This document shows, piece by piece, positions 8,671 to 15,798 of a stretch of DNA of 32,000 nucleotides (position 1 is the stretch's first letter; each line of letters opens with the position of its first letter). The DNA lies in the NCBI GenBank assembly GCA_001799895.1, contig MGUI01000051.1:1-32000 (forward strand), in the 5' to 3' direction. This stretch comes from Elusimicrobia bacterium GWD2_63_28 (GTDB lineage: Bacteria; Elusimicrobiota; Elusimicrobia; Elusimicrobiales; UBA9959). The notes below the pieces were generated by a model. That model searched no databases. It saw only the letters and a program-made list of their open reading frames with translations, and was not told where the DNA came from. The position numbers and the translations under genes are program-made.

Positions 8671-8745
8671 GGACGTTGATCCCTAATTCCTAATTTATGC
8701 GATCAGTTGGCAAGGGTTAGACTTAGGAATTAGGAATCAAAGTCC
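8671..8745. repeat. Palindromic intergenic repeat element, copy 1 (about 75 bp)
   Basis: GGACGTTGATCCCTAATTCCTAATT (8671-8695), a 27-nt loop containing TTGGCAA, then CTTAGGAATTAGGAATCAAAGTCC (8722-8745). Homologous in both arms and loop to 11172-11251. Confidence 0.85.
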
Positions 8746-8763
8746 ACATGCTGAATCTGCCCC

Positions 8764-8791
8764 TTGACATAATCGCCTCCTCTGTTAGAAT
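8764..8791 (+). promoter_or_regulatory. Sigma70-type promoter with extended -10
   Basis: TTGACA (8764-8769), 16 nt spacer, TAGAAT (8786-8791), preceded by TG at 8783-8784. Confidence 0.6.
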
Positions 8792-8838
8792 ATAGGGGTA
8801 ATGACGCATCGTTGCCCTGTGTTTTAACAGCATGCTTA

Positions 8839-8876
8839 TCCCCGCTCCCCGCGAAGGGGGGGCGGGATTTTTATTT
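8839..8876 (+). terminator. Intrinsic-terminator-like hairpin inside the leader, upstream of the serine hydrolase gene
   Basis: CCCCGCTCCCC (8840-8850), loop gcgaa, GGGGGGGCGGG (8856-8866) form a stem of about 10 bp with one bulge. TTTTTATTT follows (8868-8876), 6 nt before ATG 8883. Confidence 0.6.
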
Positions 8877-8882
8877 ATCTCA

Positions 8883-10100
8883 ATGATCAGAAACGCCGCC
8901 TTCCTCCTGCTATTCTGCGCCTGCCTGCCGGCGGCGGCGGCCGATTATCATATTTCTTACCTCTGGCGCCCCGACCTGGCCGGCGTAGAGGCCTATAAAG
9001 AAAAAATAGCGGGCCTGCTGGGCCCTGACCTGGCCCGCCGACTGCGCGTGGTAAAAGGGCAGGACAATTATGGCCTGGTTTACCCGCGCAAGGGCGGGCT
9101 GGAGTCGGCCAATACCGTCGCCTCCCGCCATTCCCGGATACTCGCCGCCAAAGGGCTGGAGCCGGCCGTTCCCATTGCAGCCTCCGACTGGGCCCCGCCT
9201 GAGCCCGCGGCCCCGCGTGCCGTCCCCGCCGCCCTGCCCGCCGCCTCCGGCTCCGAGGCGGAAATGGAGAAGCGCATAGAGGACTATATCAGGGAACTGC
9301 GCAAACGGGGAAGCCTGAAGCATGATGAGCGTACGGCCTGGGTGGTGTATGACTTCGCTTCCGGGGAAAAACTGGTAAGCATCAACGAGGACATGCCGCT
9401 GGACGCGGCCAGCCTTATAAAGCCGTTTATCGCCCTGGCCTGGCTGCACGAGGCCCTGGCCGGCCGCCGTCGCTATGGCCCGCCGGAACAGCGCCGCATG
9501 GAAGACATGATCCGGAATTCCGGCAATGTTTCCGCCAGCTGGTTCATGCGGCAGCTCGGCGGGCCTTCCGCGGTCCAGCGCCTGCTCAAGAAACATTACG
9601 GGGGAATCCTCGAGGATACGAGCATAGTGGAATATATCCCCGCCAACGGGCGCACTTTCCGCAACCGGGCCTCAGCGCACGACTACAGCCGCTTCCTCTA
9701 TTCGCTCTGGAAGGACGAGCTGCCCGGCTCCCCGGAGATAAAGCGCCTTATGGGGCTGCCCAACCCTGACCGCTTGTACACCTCCGTGCCCGGAGTGCCC
9801 GCCGGGACCGGGGTCTATGACAAGACGGGCACCACCAGCCGCCTCTGCGGGAACATGGGTGTCCTGGTGGCCCAGCGGCCCGACGGCAGGAGTTTCCCTT
9901 ACATCATAGTGGGCGTGATAGACAAGGCCAGGTCCACGCGGCGCTATTCCAGCTGGATGCGTTCGCGAGGGGATATCATACGGCGGGTATCCGAGATGGT
10001 TTATGAAGAGATAACCGAGCTGCACGGGTTCGAACGGGCAGCTTCGTTTTCCGCCGTCCGTCAGAAAGGGAAGGAGGGCGGAGAGGACAGCAGTTCCTGA
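8883..10100 (+). CDS. Secreted serine hydrolase, class A beta-lactamase / penicillin-binding fold, with an N-terminal extra domain
   Basis: ATG 8883 gives signal peptide MIRNAAFLLLFCACLPAAAA. Motifs in the expected order are SxxK 'SLIK', SxN 'SGN' and KTG 'DKTGTT'. The alternative start at 8832 would translate through the terminator-like hairpin. Confidence 0.7.
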   Translation: MIRNAAFLLLFCACLPAAAADYHISYLWRPDLAGVEAYKEKIAGLLGPDLARRLRVVKGQDNYGLVYPRKGGLESANTVASRHSRILAAKGLEPAVPIAASDWAPPEPAAPRAVPAALPAASGSEAEMEKRIEDYIRELRKRGSLKHDERTAWVVYDFASGEKLVSINEDMPLDAASLIKPFIALAWLHEALAGRRRYGPPEQRRMEDMIRNSGNVSASWFMRQLGGPSAVQRLLKKHYGGILEDTSIVEYIPANGRTFRNRASAHDYSRFLYSLWKDELPGSPEIKRLMGLPNPDRLYTSVPGVPAGTGVYDKTGTTSRLCGNMGVLVAQRPDGRSFPYIIVGVIDKARSTRRYSSWMRSRGDIIRRVSEMVYEEITELHGFERAASFSAVRQKGKEGGEDSSS

Positions 10101-10133
10101 AGCCTAAGCAGCGTCCCCATACCGGAGGTATGC

Positions 10134-11162
10134 ATGAAGAACCCTGAGATTGTAGAGATCCTGCGCAAGCTGGAGGCTATCAACTCGCCCAGCGGCTATA
10201 CCGTAGAGGCTATCGCTTTTCTGGCGGACTTGTTCCGCTCGGCGGGGCTGAACCCCAAGCTGACCAACAAGGGCGCGCTGCTGGTCTGCGAGCACCCCGA
10301 GCCCGTAACCGTCTGCGCCGCGCACGTGGATACTCTCGGCGCCATGGTGACGCGCCTGGAGGGCGACGGCACCCTGCGCGTGACGCAGGTGGGCGGCTGG
10401 CCCTGGAACTCCTTCGAGGGGGAATACCTGACCGTGATGAATTCGGCGGGCAAGAAATGGCGCGGCACCCTTCTCTGCGACAATCCCGCCGCGCACGTCA
10501 ACCGCAATATAGGCAAGGCCGAGCGCACCGGCGAGAACATGCACATACGCCTGGACGCGGAGGTGAAGTCAGCCGCGGAAACCAAGAAACTGGGCATAGG
10601 CGCAGGGGATTACGTCTTTTTCGACCCGCGCTTCGAAGTCACCGACACGGGCTTCGTGCGCTCGCGTTTCCTCGACGACAAGGCCGGCTGCGCCGTGCTG
10701 GCCGAGGTGATCTTGAAGCTCGCGCCGCGGCTGAAGAAAACTCCCGCCGCTTTTTTCTTCTCGAACTACGAGGAGGTCGGCCACGGCGCCAGCGCCGGCA
10801 TACCGCGCTGCGTTAAGGAGATGGTGGCGGTGGACATGGGCGTGGTGGGCCGCGAGGTTTACGGCCACGAGACCGTGGTTTCCATCTGCGCCAAGGATTC
10901 CACCGGCCCGCACGATTACGAACTGCGCCAGCGCCTGGTGAGCCTGGCCAAAAAGAAGAACATCCCTCACGCGGTGGACGTCTTCCCGTTCTACGGCTCC
11001 GACGCGCGCGCCACCATGGGCGCCGGCTACGACGTGAAAGTGGCGGTCATAGGCCCCGGTGTTTCTGCTTCCCATGGCGTGGAGCGCACGCATATAAAAG
11101 GCCTTAGGGCTTCGGTGCAGCTGGTGGAGGCCTACCTGGCCGACCTCTGCGCCGCGAAGTAA
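10134..11162 (+). CDS. M42-family metallopeptidase (FrvX/CelM-like aminopeptidase)
   Basis: 342 aa with RBS GGAGG. 'AHVDTLG', 'FLDDKAGCAVL', 'NYEEVGHGAS' and 'SASHGVERTH' match the metal-ligand pattern of M42/M20-type peptidases. Confidence 0.7.
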   Translation: MKNPEIVEILRKLEAINSPSGYTVEAIAFLADLFRSAGLNPKLTNKGALLVCEHPEPVTVCAAHVDTLGAMVTRLEGDGTLRVTQVGGWPWNSFEGEYLTVMNSAGKKWRGTLLCDNPAAHVNRNIGKAERTGENMHIRLDAEVKSAAETKKLGIGAGDYVFFDPRFEVTDTGFVRSRFLDDKAGCAVLAEVILKLAPRLKKTPAAFFFSNYEEVGHGASAGIPRCVKEMVAVDMGVVGREVYGHETVVSICAKDSTGPHDYELRQRLVSLAKKKNIPHAVDVFPFYGSDARATMGAGYDVKVAVIGPGVSASHGVERTHIKGLRASVQLVEAYLADLCAAK

Positions 11163-11171
11163 ATCTTAGAG

Positions 11172-11251
11172 GGGGCGTTGATTCCTAATTCCTAATTGTT
11201 GAGAATCCTTTGGCAAATGTTAATAATTAGGAATTAGGAATCAACGTCCCC
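11172..11251. repeat. Palindromic intergenic repeat element, copy 2 (about 80 bp)
   Basis: GGGGCGTTGATTCCTAATTCCTAATT (11172-11197), a 27-nt loop with TTGGCAA, then AATTAGGAATTAGGAATCAACGTCCCC (11225-11251). It lies between convergent genes, and its right arm contains the stop codon of the minus-strand gene. Confidence 0.85.
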
Positions 11252-11963
11252 TATCCACCACCTCGCTGCGCGAAAGGCGGCGGAAATCTCCCTGCTCCAG
11301 GTCTCCCAGCGTCAAAGTTCCGAAAGCGACGCGCTTGAGCGCTGTCACCTCGTGGCCTATGGCTTCGAAGAGCCGGCGTATCTCGCGGTTCTTGCCTTCG
11401 GTCAGTTCCACCATTAAATGGGTTTCCCTGCCGCTGCTCTTGCGCAGTTTGATAGAGGACGGCTTCAGCAGTTCGCCGGCGTCCATGATGCCGGCGGCGG
11501 CCCTGGCCAGTTCCTCCGGCGTAACGCAGCCTTTGACCGTAACCGAATAGACGCGCACTATGGCGTTGGCCGGGTTGGTCAGCCAGGAGGAAAGGCGGGT
11601 GTCGTTGGTCATTATCAGCAGGCCGGTGGTGGCCATGTCCAGCCGGCCCACCGGGTGGAGGTTCTTCAGATCGGGGGGGAGCAGGTCGAAAACCGTGCGG
11701 CGGCCCTTCTCGTCGGAGCGCGTGGTGACCACGGAGCCCGGCTTGTTTAGCATGATGGCGATCCAGGGATCTTTGCTTATCGGTTTGCCGTCTATGGAAA
11801 ACTTATCCGTTTCCGGGGTGACCGGGAACTGCGGGTCCATGACCGTGCGGCCGTTCACCTTCAGCCGTCCGGAGCGCACCCACTCCCTGGTCTGGCTGCG
11901 CGAGGCGGCGCCTAATTTTGAGAGGGCGCGCTCGAGCGGGACCTTGCCGCGGTTTTGTTCCAT
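11241..11963 (-). CDS. Pseudouridine synthase, RsuA/RluB family (S4 domain + catalytic domain)
   Basis: 240 aa. N-terminal S4-like 'LSKLGAASRSQTREWVRSGRLKVNGRTV' and the catalytic motif 'VGRLDMATTGLLIMTND'. Confidence 0.85.
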   Translation of the reverse strand: MEQNRGKVPLERALSKLGAASRSQTREWVRSGRLKVNGRTVMDPQFPVTPETDKFSIDGKPISKDPWIAIMLNKPGSVVTTRSDEKGRRTVFDLLPPDLKNLHPVGRLDMATTGLLIMTNDTRLSSWLTNPANAIVRVYSVTVKGCVTPEELARAAAGIMDAGELLKPSSIKLRKSSGRETHLMVELTEGKNREIRRLFEAIGHEVTALKRVAFGTLTLGDLEQGDFRRLSRSEVVDRGR

Positions 11964-11996
11964 ACCCTAATTATAGCGAAAAGCGGGGGGCGGGGG

Positions 11997-12025
11997 TTGA
12001 CATCTATTTGGCTATTTGGCAGAAT
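11997..12025 (+). promoter_or_regulatory. Sigma70-type promoter of the first ArsR operon, with a tandem 8-mer in the spacer
   Basis: TTGACA (11997-12002), 17 nt spacer, CAGAAT (12020-12025). The spacer holds a perfect direct repeat CTATTTGG CTATTTGG (12004-12019). TCTATT (12003-12008) and AATAGA (12023-12028) form an inverted pair. Confidence 0.5.
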
Positions 12026-12032
12026 AGAGGAT

Positions 12033-12323
12033 ATGAAGGACAATATATTGGAAGTTTATGGCATGGAGGCGGCGGCGTTCAAGGCGCTGGGACACCCTAC
12101 GCGCCTTTTTATCGCCCACCAGCTCGGCAAACGAGACACCTGCGTCTGCGAGCTTACCGCCATGGTGGGTGATGATATCTCAACCGTCTCCAAGCACCTG
12201 TCGGTGCTGCGCGCCGCGGGCATCGTGGATTCTGTAAGGAAAGGCAACCAGATAATTTACCGGCTTAAGCTGCGCTGCGTGCTGAATATGAGCGTCTGCG
12301 CGAAATTCGGGAAGGGGAAATAA
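12033..12323 (+). CDS. arsR: ArsR/SmtB family metalloregulator (copy 1)
   Basis: ATG 12033 follows AGAGGA. 96 aa. 'FKALGHPTRLFIAHQL', the 'DTCVCELT' CVC metalloid-site motif and 'STVSKHLSVLRAAGIV' are typical winged-helix ArsR features. Confidence 0.85.
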   Translation: MKDNILEVYGMEAAAFKALGHPTRLFIAHQLGKRDTCVCELTAMVGDDISTVSKHLSVLRAAGIVDSVRKGNQIIYRLKLRCVLNMSVCAKFGKGK

Positions 12324-12324
12324 C

Positions 12325-13626
12325 ATGATCTGGAAAGACGAGTGGAAATGGCTTACCGGTTTCGTAACGGTCTTCTTTGTGCTGTATTTCCTCCCCGTGG
12401 GCTCGGCCCGGTTCGACGGGGCTATAACCGAGGCGCTGGAACTGACCAAGTGGTACACGCGGGAGCACGTGGTGCTCTGCCTCATCCCGGCCCTGTTCAT
12501 AGCCGGCGGTATAGCCGCCTTTGTCAGCCAGTCAGCGGTAATGAAGTATTTCGGGGCCAAGGCTAATAAATTCCTCTCTTACGGCGTGGCCTCGGTATCC
12601 GGCACCATCCTGGCGGTCTGTTCCTGCACCGTGCTGCCGCTGTTCGCGGGCATCTACAAGCGCGGCGCGGGCCTGGGCCCGGCCATTGCCTTCCTCTATT
12701 CCGGCCCGGCCATCAACGTGCTGGCCATAGTGCTGACGGCCCGCATACTCGGCTTCGAACTGGGGGCGGCCCGCGCCATAGGCGCCGTGGTTTTTAGTAT
12801 CGTCATCGGGTTGGCCATGCATTTCATGTTCAGGCATGAGGAGGCGGCCAAGGCCGCGGCGCAGGCGGACCTGCCCGAGCCTGAGGTCAAGCGCCCGCTC
12901 TGGCAGACCTCCCTCTATTTCGCCTCCATGGCCGCGGTGCTGGTATTCGCCAACTGGGCGTACGCCGAAGCCTCCGACCCCGTATTTTATGCCGTATACA
13001 AGATAAAGTGGCCGCTTACGGCCTTCTTTGCGGCGTCATTGGGCCTTATGCTCAAGGTCTGGTTCGGTGCTAGCGGCCTGCGCCTGACACTGTCGGCCAT
13101 CCCCGCTGTATTGCTGGCCTTGTTCATGCCGGACCTGCCCATCCTTTCCTTCTCGGCGGGCTTTATCGGCCTGTCCTGGGTGCTTAATTCTTCCGGCGAG
13201 GGGGAACTGGCCGACTGGTTCTCCTCCTCCTGGGACCTTTCCAAGCAGATATTCCCGCTGCTCATCGGCGGCGTGCTGGTGTCGGGCTTCCTGCTGGGCC
13301 GTCCCGGTCACGAGGGCGTGATCCCTTCTGAGTGGGTGGCCTGGGCTGTGGGCGGCAATTCCTTCTCGGCCAACTTCTTCGCTTCCATAGTGGCGGCCTT
13401 CATGTACTTCGCTACGCTTACCGAGATACCGATACTGCAGGGGCTTATCGGCTCTGGCATGGGCAAGGGCCCTGCGCTCACGCTGCTATTGGCGGGCCCG
13501 GCGCTGTCGCTGCCCAGCATGCTGGTGCTCAAGACCGTGATGGGCGTTAAAAAGACCGCCGCCTACGTGGCGCTGGTTATAATAATGTCCACCTTCAGCG
13601 GCATGTTCTTCGGAGCTTTCTTTTAA
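12325..13626 (+). CDS. Polytopic permease, COG0701/ArsP-like, with an intramembrane CxC pair
   Basis: 433 aa with about 10 or more hydrophobic segments. 'ILAVCSCTVLPLF' resembles the CSC motif recalled for the ArsP methylarsenite permease. The gene follows arsR by 1 nt. Confidence 0.65.
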   Translation: MIWKDEWKWLTGFVTVFFVLYFLPVGSARFDGAITEALELTKWYTREHVVLCLIPALFIAGGIAAFVSQSAVMKYFGAKANKFLSYGVASVSGTILAVCSCTVLPLFAGIYKRGAGLGPAIAFLYSGPAINVLAIVLTARILGFELGAARAIGAVVFSIVIGLAMHFMFRHEEAAKAAAQADLPEPEVKRPLWQTSLYFASMAAVLVFANWAYAEASDPVFYAVYKIKWPLTAFFAASLGLMLKVWFGASGLRLTLSAIPAVLLALFMPDLPILSFSAGFIGLSWVLNSSGEGELADWFSSSWDLSKQIFPLLIGGVLVSGFLLGRPGHEGVIPSEWVAWAVGGNSFSANFFASIVAAFMYFATLTEIPILQGLIGSGMGKGPALTLLLAGPALSLPSMLVLKTVMGVKKTAAYVALVIIMSTFSGMFFGAFF

Positions 13627-13635
13627 GGAGGAAAT

Positions 13636-13878
13636 ATGAAAAAGATACAGATACTGGGCATGGGCTGCCCCAAGTGCAATAAGCTCTACGCGGCCGCGGA
13701 AGCGGCGGCCAAGGAGCTTGGCATAGAGTATGAGATGGAAAAGATAAGCGATATCAACAAGATAACCGACATGGGCGTGATGATGACGCCTGCGCTCGCC
13801 ATTAACGACGAGGTAAAGGTCGCCGCCAAGATCCCGTCCATGGAAGAACTTAAGAAAATAATCTCGGAGGCCAAGTAA
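13636..13878 (+). CDS. Small thioredoxin-fold protein (redox-active disulfide protein 2 type)
   Basis: 80 aa with RBS AAGGAGG. It has 'GMGCPKC' (CxxC) and 'MMTPALAINDEV'. It forms the classic permease + mini-thioredoxin pair. Confidence 0.75.
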   Translation: MKKIQILGMGCPKCNKLYAAAEAAAKELGIEYEMEKISDINKITDMGVMMTPALAINDEVKVAAKIPSMEELKKIISEAK

Positions 13879-13879
13879 T

Positions 13880-14245
13880 ATGGCCGAGCATTGCGCCTGC
13901 GGCGGCAGGACGATGCTGGTGTTTCCCTGCTCCGGCTCCGCTGACGTGGGCGAACTGGCAGACAGGGCTGCACGGTTTCTTTCCAAGGAAACCTGCGTTA
14001 AGATGAGCTGCCTGGCCGGCGTGGGCGGGAATATGAGCGGCTTCATCGTCTCGGCCAACGGCGCGGACCTGGTAATAGCCATCGACGGCTGCCAGGTGGG
14101 CTGCGCCAAAAAGACGCTGGAGACGCATGGCGTAAAGAAATTTAAGCATCTCAAGGTCACCGACTGCGGCTTCGAGAAAGGCAAGTCTCCGGTCACGGAA
14201 CGCAGCATAAGGAAGGTCTTCAAACATGCAAAAGAACTCATCTGA
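13880..14245 (+). CDS. DGC-domain putative zinc-binding protein
   Basis: 121 aa with 'FPCSGSADVGELADRAAR', 'AIDGCQVGCA' (the DGC motif) and several further Cys residues. Confidence 0.65.
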   Translation: MAEHCACGGRTMLVFPCSGSADVGELADRAARFLSKETCVKMSCLAGVGGNMSGFIVSANGADLVIAIDGCQVGCAKKTLETHGVKKFKHLKVTDCGFEKGKSPVTERSIRKVFKHAKELI

Positions 14246-14810
14246 AGCGAAAAAAGGGCCGAATAAAGCCGTGAAATACGTGCTGGCGGCTTTTGTGGCT
14301 GTGAGCATAGGCGCGGCCATCTACAAGGCGCTGCCCTGCTGCTCCGGTGACAGCCCTGCGGCCGCTGCGCCTGTAACCGCGGGCGCCCCGGCCGAATTGG
14401 CGCAGACCGCACCGGCGGCAAAACCGGCTTTGGCCGTGAAGCAAGCCTCCGTGCCGCCCGCTAAGATCGCGCAAAAAACCGCGGTGGTCTATTATTTCTA
14501 CACCACGGCCCGCTGCTATTCCTGCAACCTGATAGAGAGCTATACGCGGGAAGCTGTCGACAAACACTTTGCGCAGCCCTATAACGGTTGGCGCGTGGAG
14601 TTCAAAGGGCTTAACCTCGACGAGGAAGTCAACCGCCATTTCACCCAGGACTACTGGCTGAACTCCAAGTCCGTGGTGGTGCAGAAGTTCGAAGGCGGCA
14701 AGCCCCTGAACTGGGGCATGCTCCAGAGCGTCTGGCAATTGCTGGGCGACAAGGAAAAGTTCATGAACTACGTCGCCGTTGAGACGCGCAAGGTGCTGGA
14801 TTCCAAATGA
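14226..14810 (+). CDS. Membrane-anchored thioredoxin-like CxxC protein (ArsF-like)
   Basis: 194 aa. N-terminal TM 'YVLAAFVAVSIGAAIY', 'PCCSG', a Pro/Ala linker, then 'VVYYFYTTARCYSCNLIE' (CxxC). It overlaps the DGC gene by 20 nt and the next gene by ATGA. Confidence 0.55.
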   Translation: MQKNSSEAKKGPNKAVKYVLAAFVAVSIGAAIYKALPCCSGDSPAAAAPVTAGAPAELAQTAPAAKPALAVKQASVPPAKIAQKTAVVYYFYTTARCYSCNLIESYTREAVDKHFAQPYNGWRVEFKGLNLDEEVNRHFTQDYWLNSKSVVVQKFEGGKPLNWGMLQSVWQLLGDKEKFMNYVAVETRKVLDSK

Positions 14811-15499
14811 CGGGTGAATTCTGGGCGGCGCTGGCTACGGCCCTGTGGACCGGGGTGATTACCTCGGTGAGCCCCTGTCCGCTGGCCACTAACCTCACGG
14901 CCCTGACCTGGATTTCCAAACATTCGGGGTCGCATAAACTGGCCGTGCTGGTTCACGGCTTGCTTTACGCCGGAGGGCGCGCGCTGGCCTACCTGGTAAT
15001 CGGTTTCCTGCTGGTCAAAAGCCTGCTGTCGGCGCCTGCGCTGTCCTTCTTCATGCAGAAGTACGGCAACCAGGCGCTGTCGCCGCTGCTGGTGCTGGCC
15101 GGCATGTATATGCTGGGCATGTTCGGCGCCGGGTTCGAGGGGTTCAACCTGTTCGATATGTCGCGCTTCAAGGCCAGGGCGGGGGCGCTGTCTTCCTTCC
15201 TGATGGGGGCGCTGTTCGCGCTGGCTTTCTGCCCCATCTCGGCGGCGCTGTACTTCGGCGTCATCATCCCGCTGGCGGCCGGCAATTCTTCACCGGTCTC
15301 CATACCGCTGCTCTACGGCCTCGGCACGGCGCTGCCCGTGATAGGCGCCGCGCTGGCGCTGGACCTGGGGCTTAAGAAAGTAAACGCCGTGACCGGCCTG
15401 GCCGGGCGCTTCGAGTATTGGGCCAAGCCGGCGACGGCTTGGGTGTTCATCGCCGCCGGCGCCTTCCTGGGCCTGAAATATATTTTCGGGATAATCTAG
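14807..15499 (+). CDS. CcdA/DsbD-family transmembrane protein (ArsG-like permease or thiol-disulfide transporter)
   Basis: 230 aa with about 6 TMs. 'SVSPCPLATN' and 'LAFCPISAAL' are Cys-Pro motifs in TM1 and TM4, as in the CcdA/DsbD-beta family. Confidence 0.65.
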   Translation: MTGEFWAALATALWTGVITSVSPCPLATNLTALTWISKHSGSHKLAVLVHGLLYAGGRALAYLVIGFLLVKSLLSAPALSFFMQKYGNQALSPLLVLAGMYMLGMFGAGFEGFNLFDMSRFKARAGALSSFLMGALFALAFCPISAALYFGVIIPLAAGNSSPVSIPLLYGLGTALPVIGAALALDLGLKKVNAVTGLAGRFEYWAKPATAWVFIAAGAFLGLKYIFGII

Positions 15500-15504
15500 G
15501 AGCG

Positions 15505-15798
15505 CTAGCAGCAGGTGCCGTCGTCGCCGCAGTCGCAGTCCGGTTCCGTGCCTTTCAGGAAGCCGGTGCGCACGGCCTGCGCGCAGCCCACGCCTTTCTT
15601 TACGGTTATGGCGTCCACCGGGCAATTGCCGGCGCAGGCGCCGCATTCCATGCACAGGTCGGCGTCCGTGATGGCCGCCTTCCGGTTCTCCACCTTGAAA
15701 ACGGCGTGGGGGCAGACGACAGCGCACATGCCGCAGCCTATGCATTTGTCCACGTCCAGCTTCAGCGTGGAGACCCCGCGCAGGTATTCCAGCTTCAT
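15505..15798 (-). CDS. hgcB: HgcB, mercury-methylation 2x[4Fe-4S] ferredoxin
   Basis: 97 aa. Two CX2CX2CX3CP motifs (CIGCGMCAVVCP and CMECGACAGNCP), a lone Cys72 (GVGCAQ) and the C-terminus CDCGDDGTCC with a terminal vicinal CC. The start overlaps the hgcA stop (ATGA). Confidence 0.85.
   Translation of the reverse strand: MKLEYLRGVSTLKLDVDKCIGCGMCAVVCPHAVFKVENRKAAITDADLCMECGACAGNCPVDAITVKKGVGCAQAVRTGFLKGTEPDCDCGDDGTCC

Noticed and set aside
8708-8716. TTGGCAA in the loops of both palindromic elements (also at 11210-11217), considered as a sigma-54 -24 element
   Set aside because: There is no TTGC/-12 element at the required 4-5 nt spacing downstream in either copy.
8671-11251. AGGAATTAGGAAT repeats considered as a CRISPR array or IS terminal inverted repeats
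   Set aside because: There are only two copies 2.5 kb apart, and each is internally palindromic. There is no regular spacer periodicity. No cas or transposase gene is present, and I could identify no target-site duplication.
13486-14421. 311-aa minus-strand ORF across the thioredoxin-like, DGC and ArsF-like genes. The same applies to 17952..19022, opposite acr3.
   Set aside because: These are antisense shadows of motif-bearing plus-strand genes, with low-complexity products.
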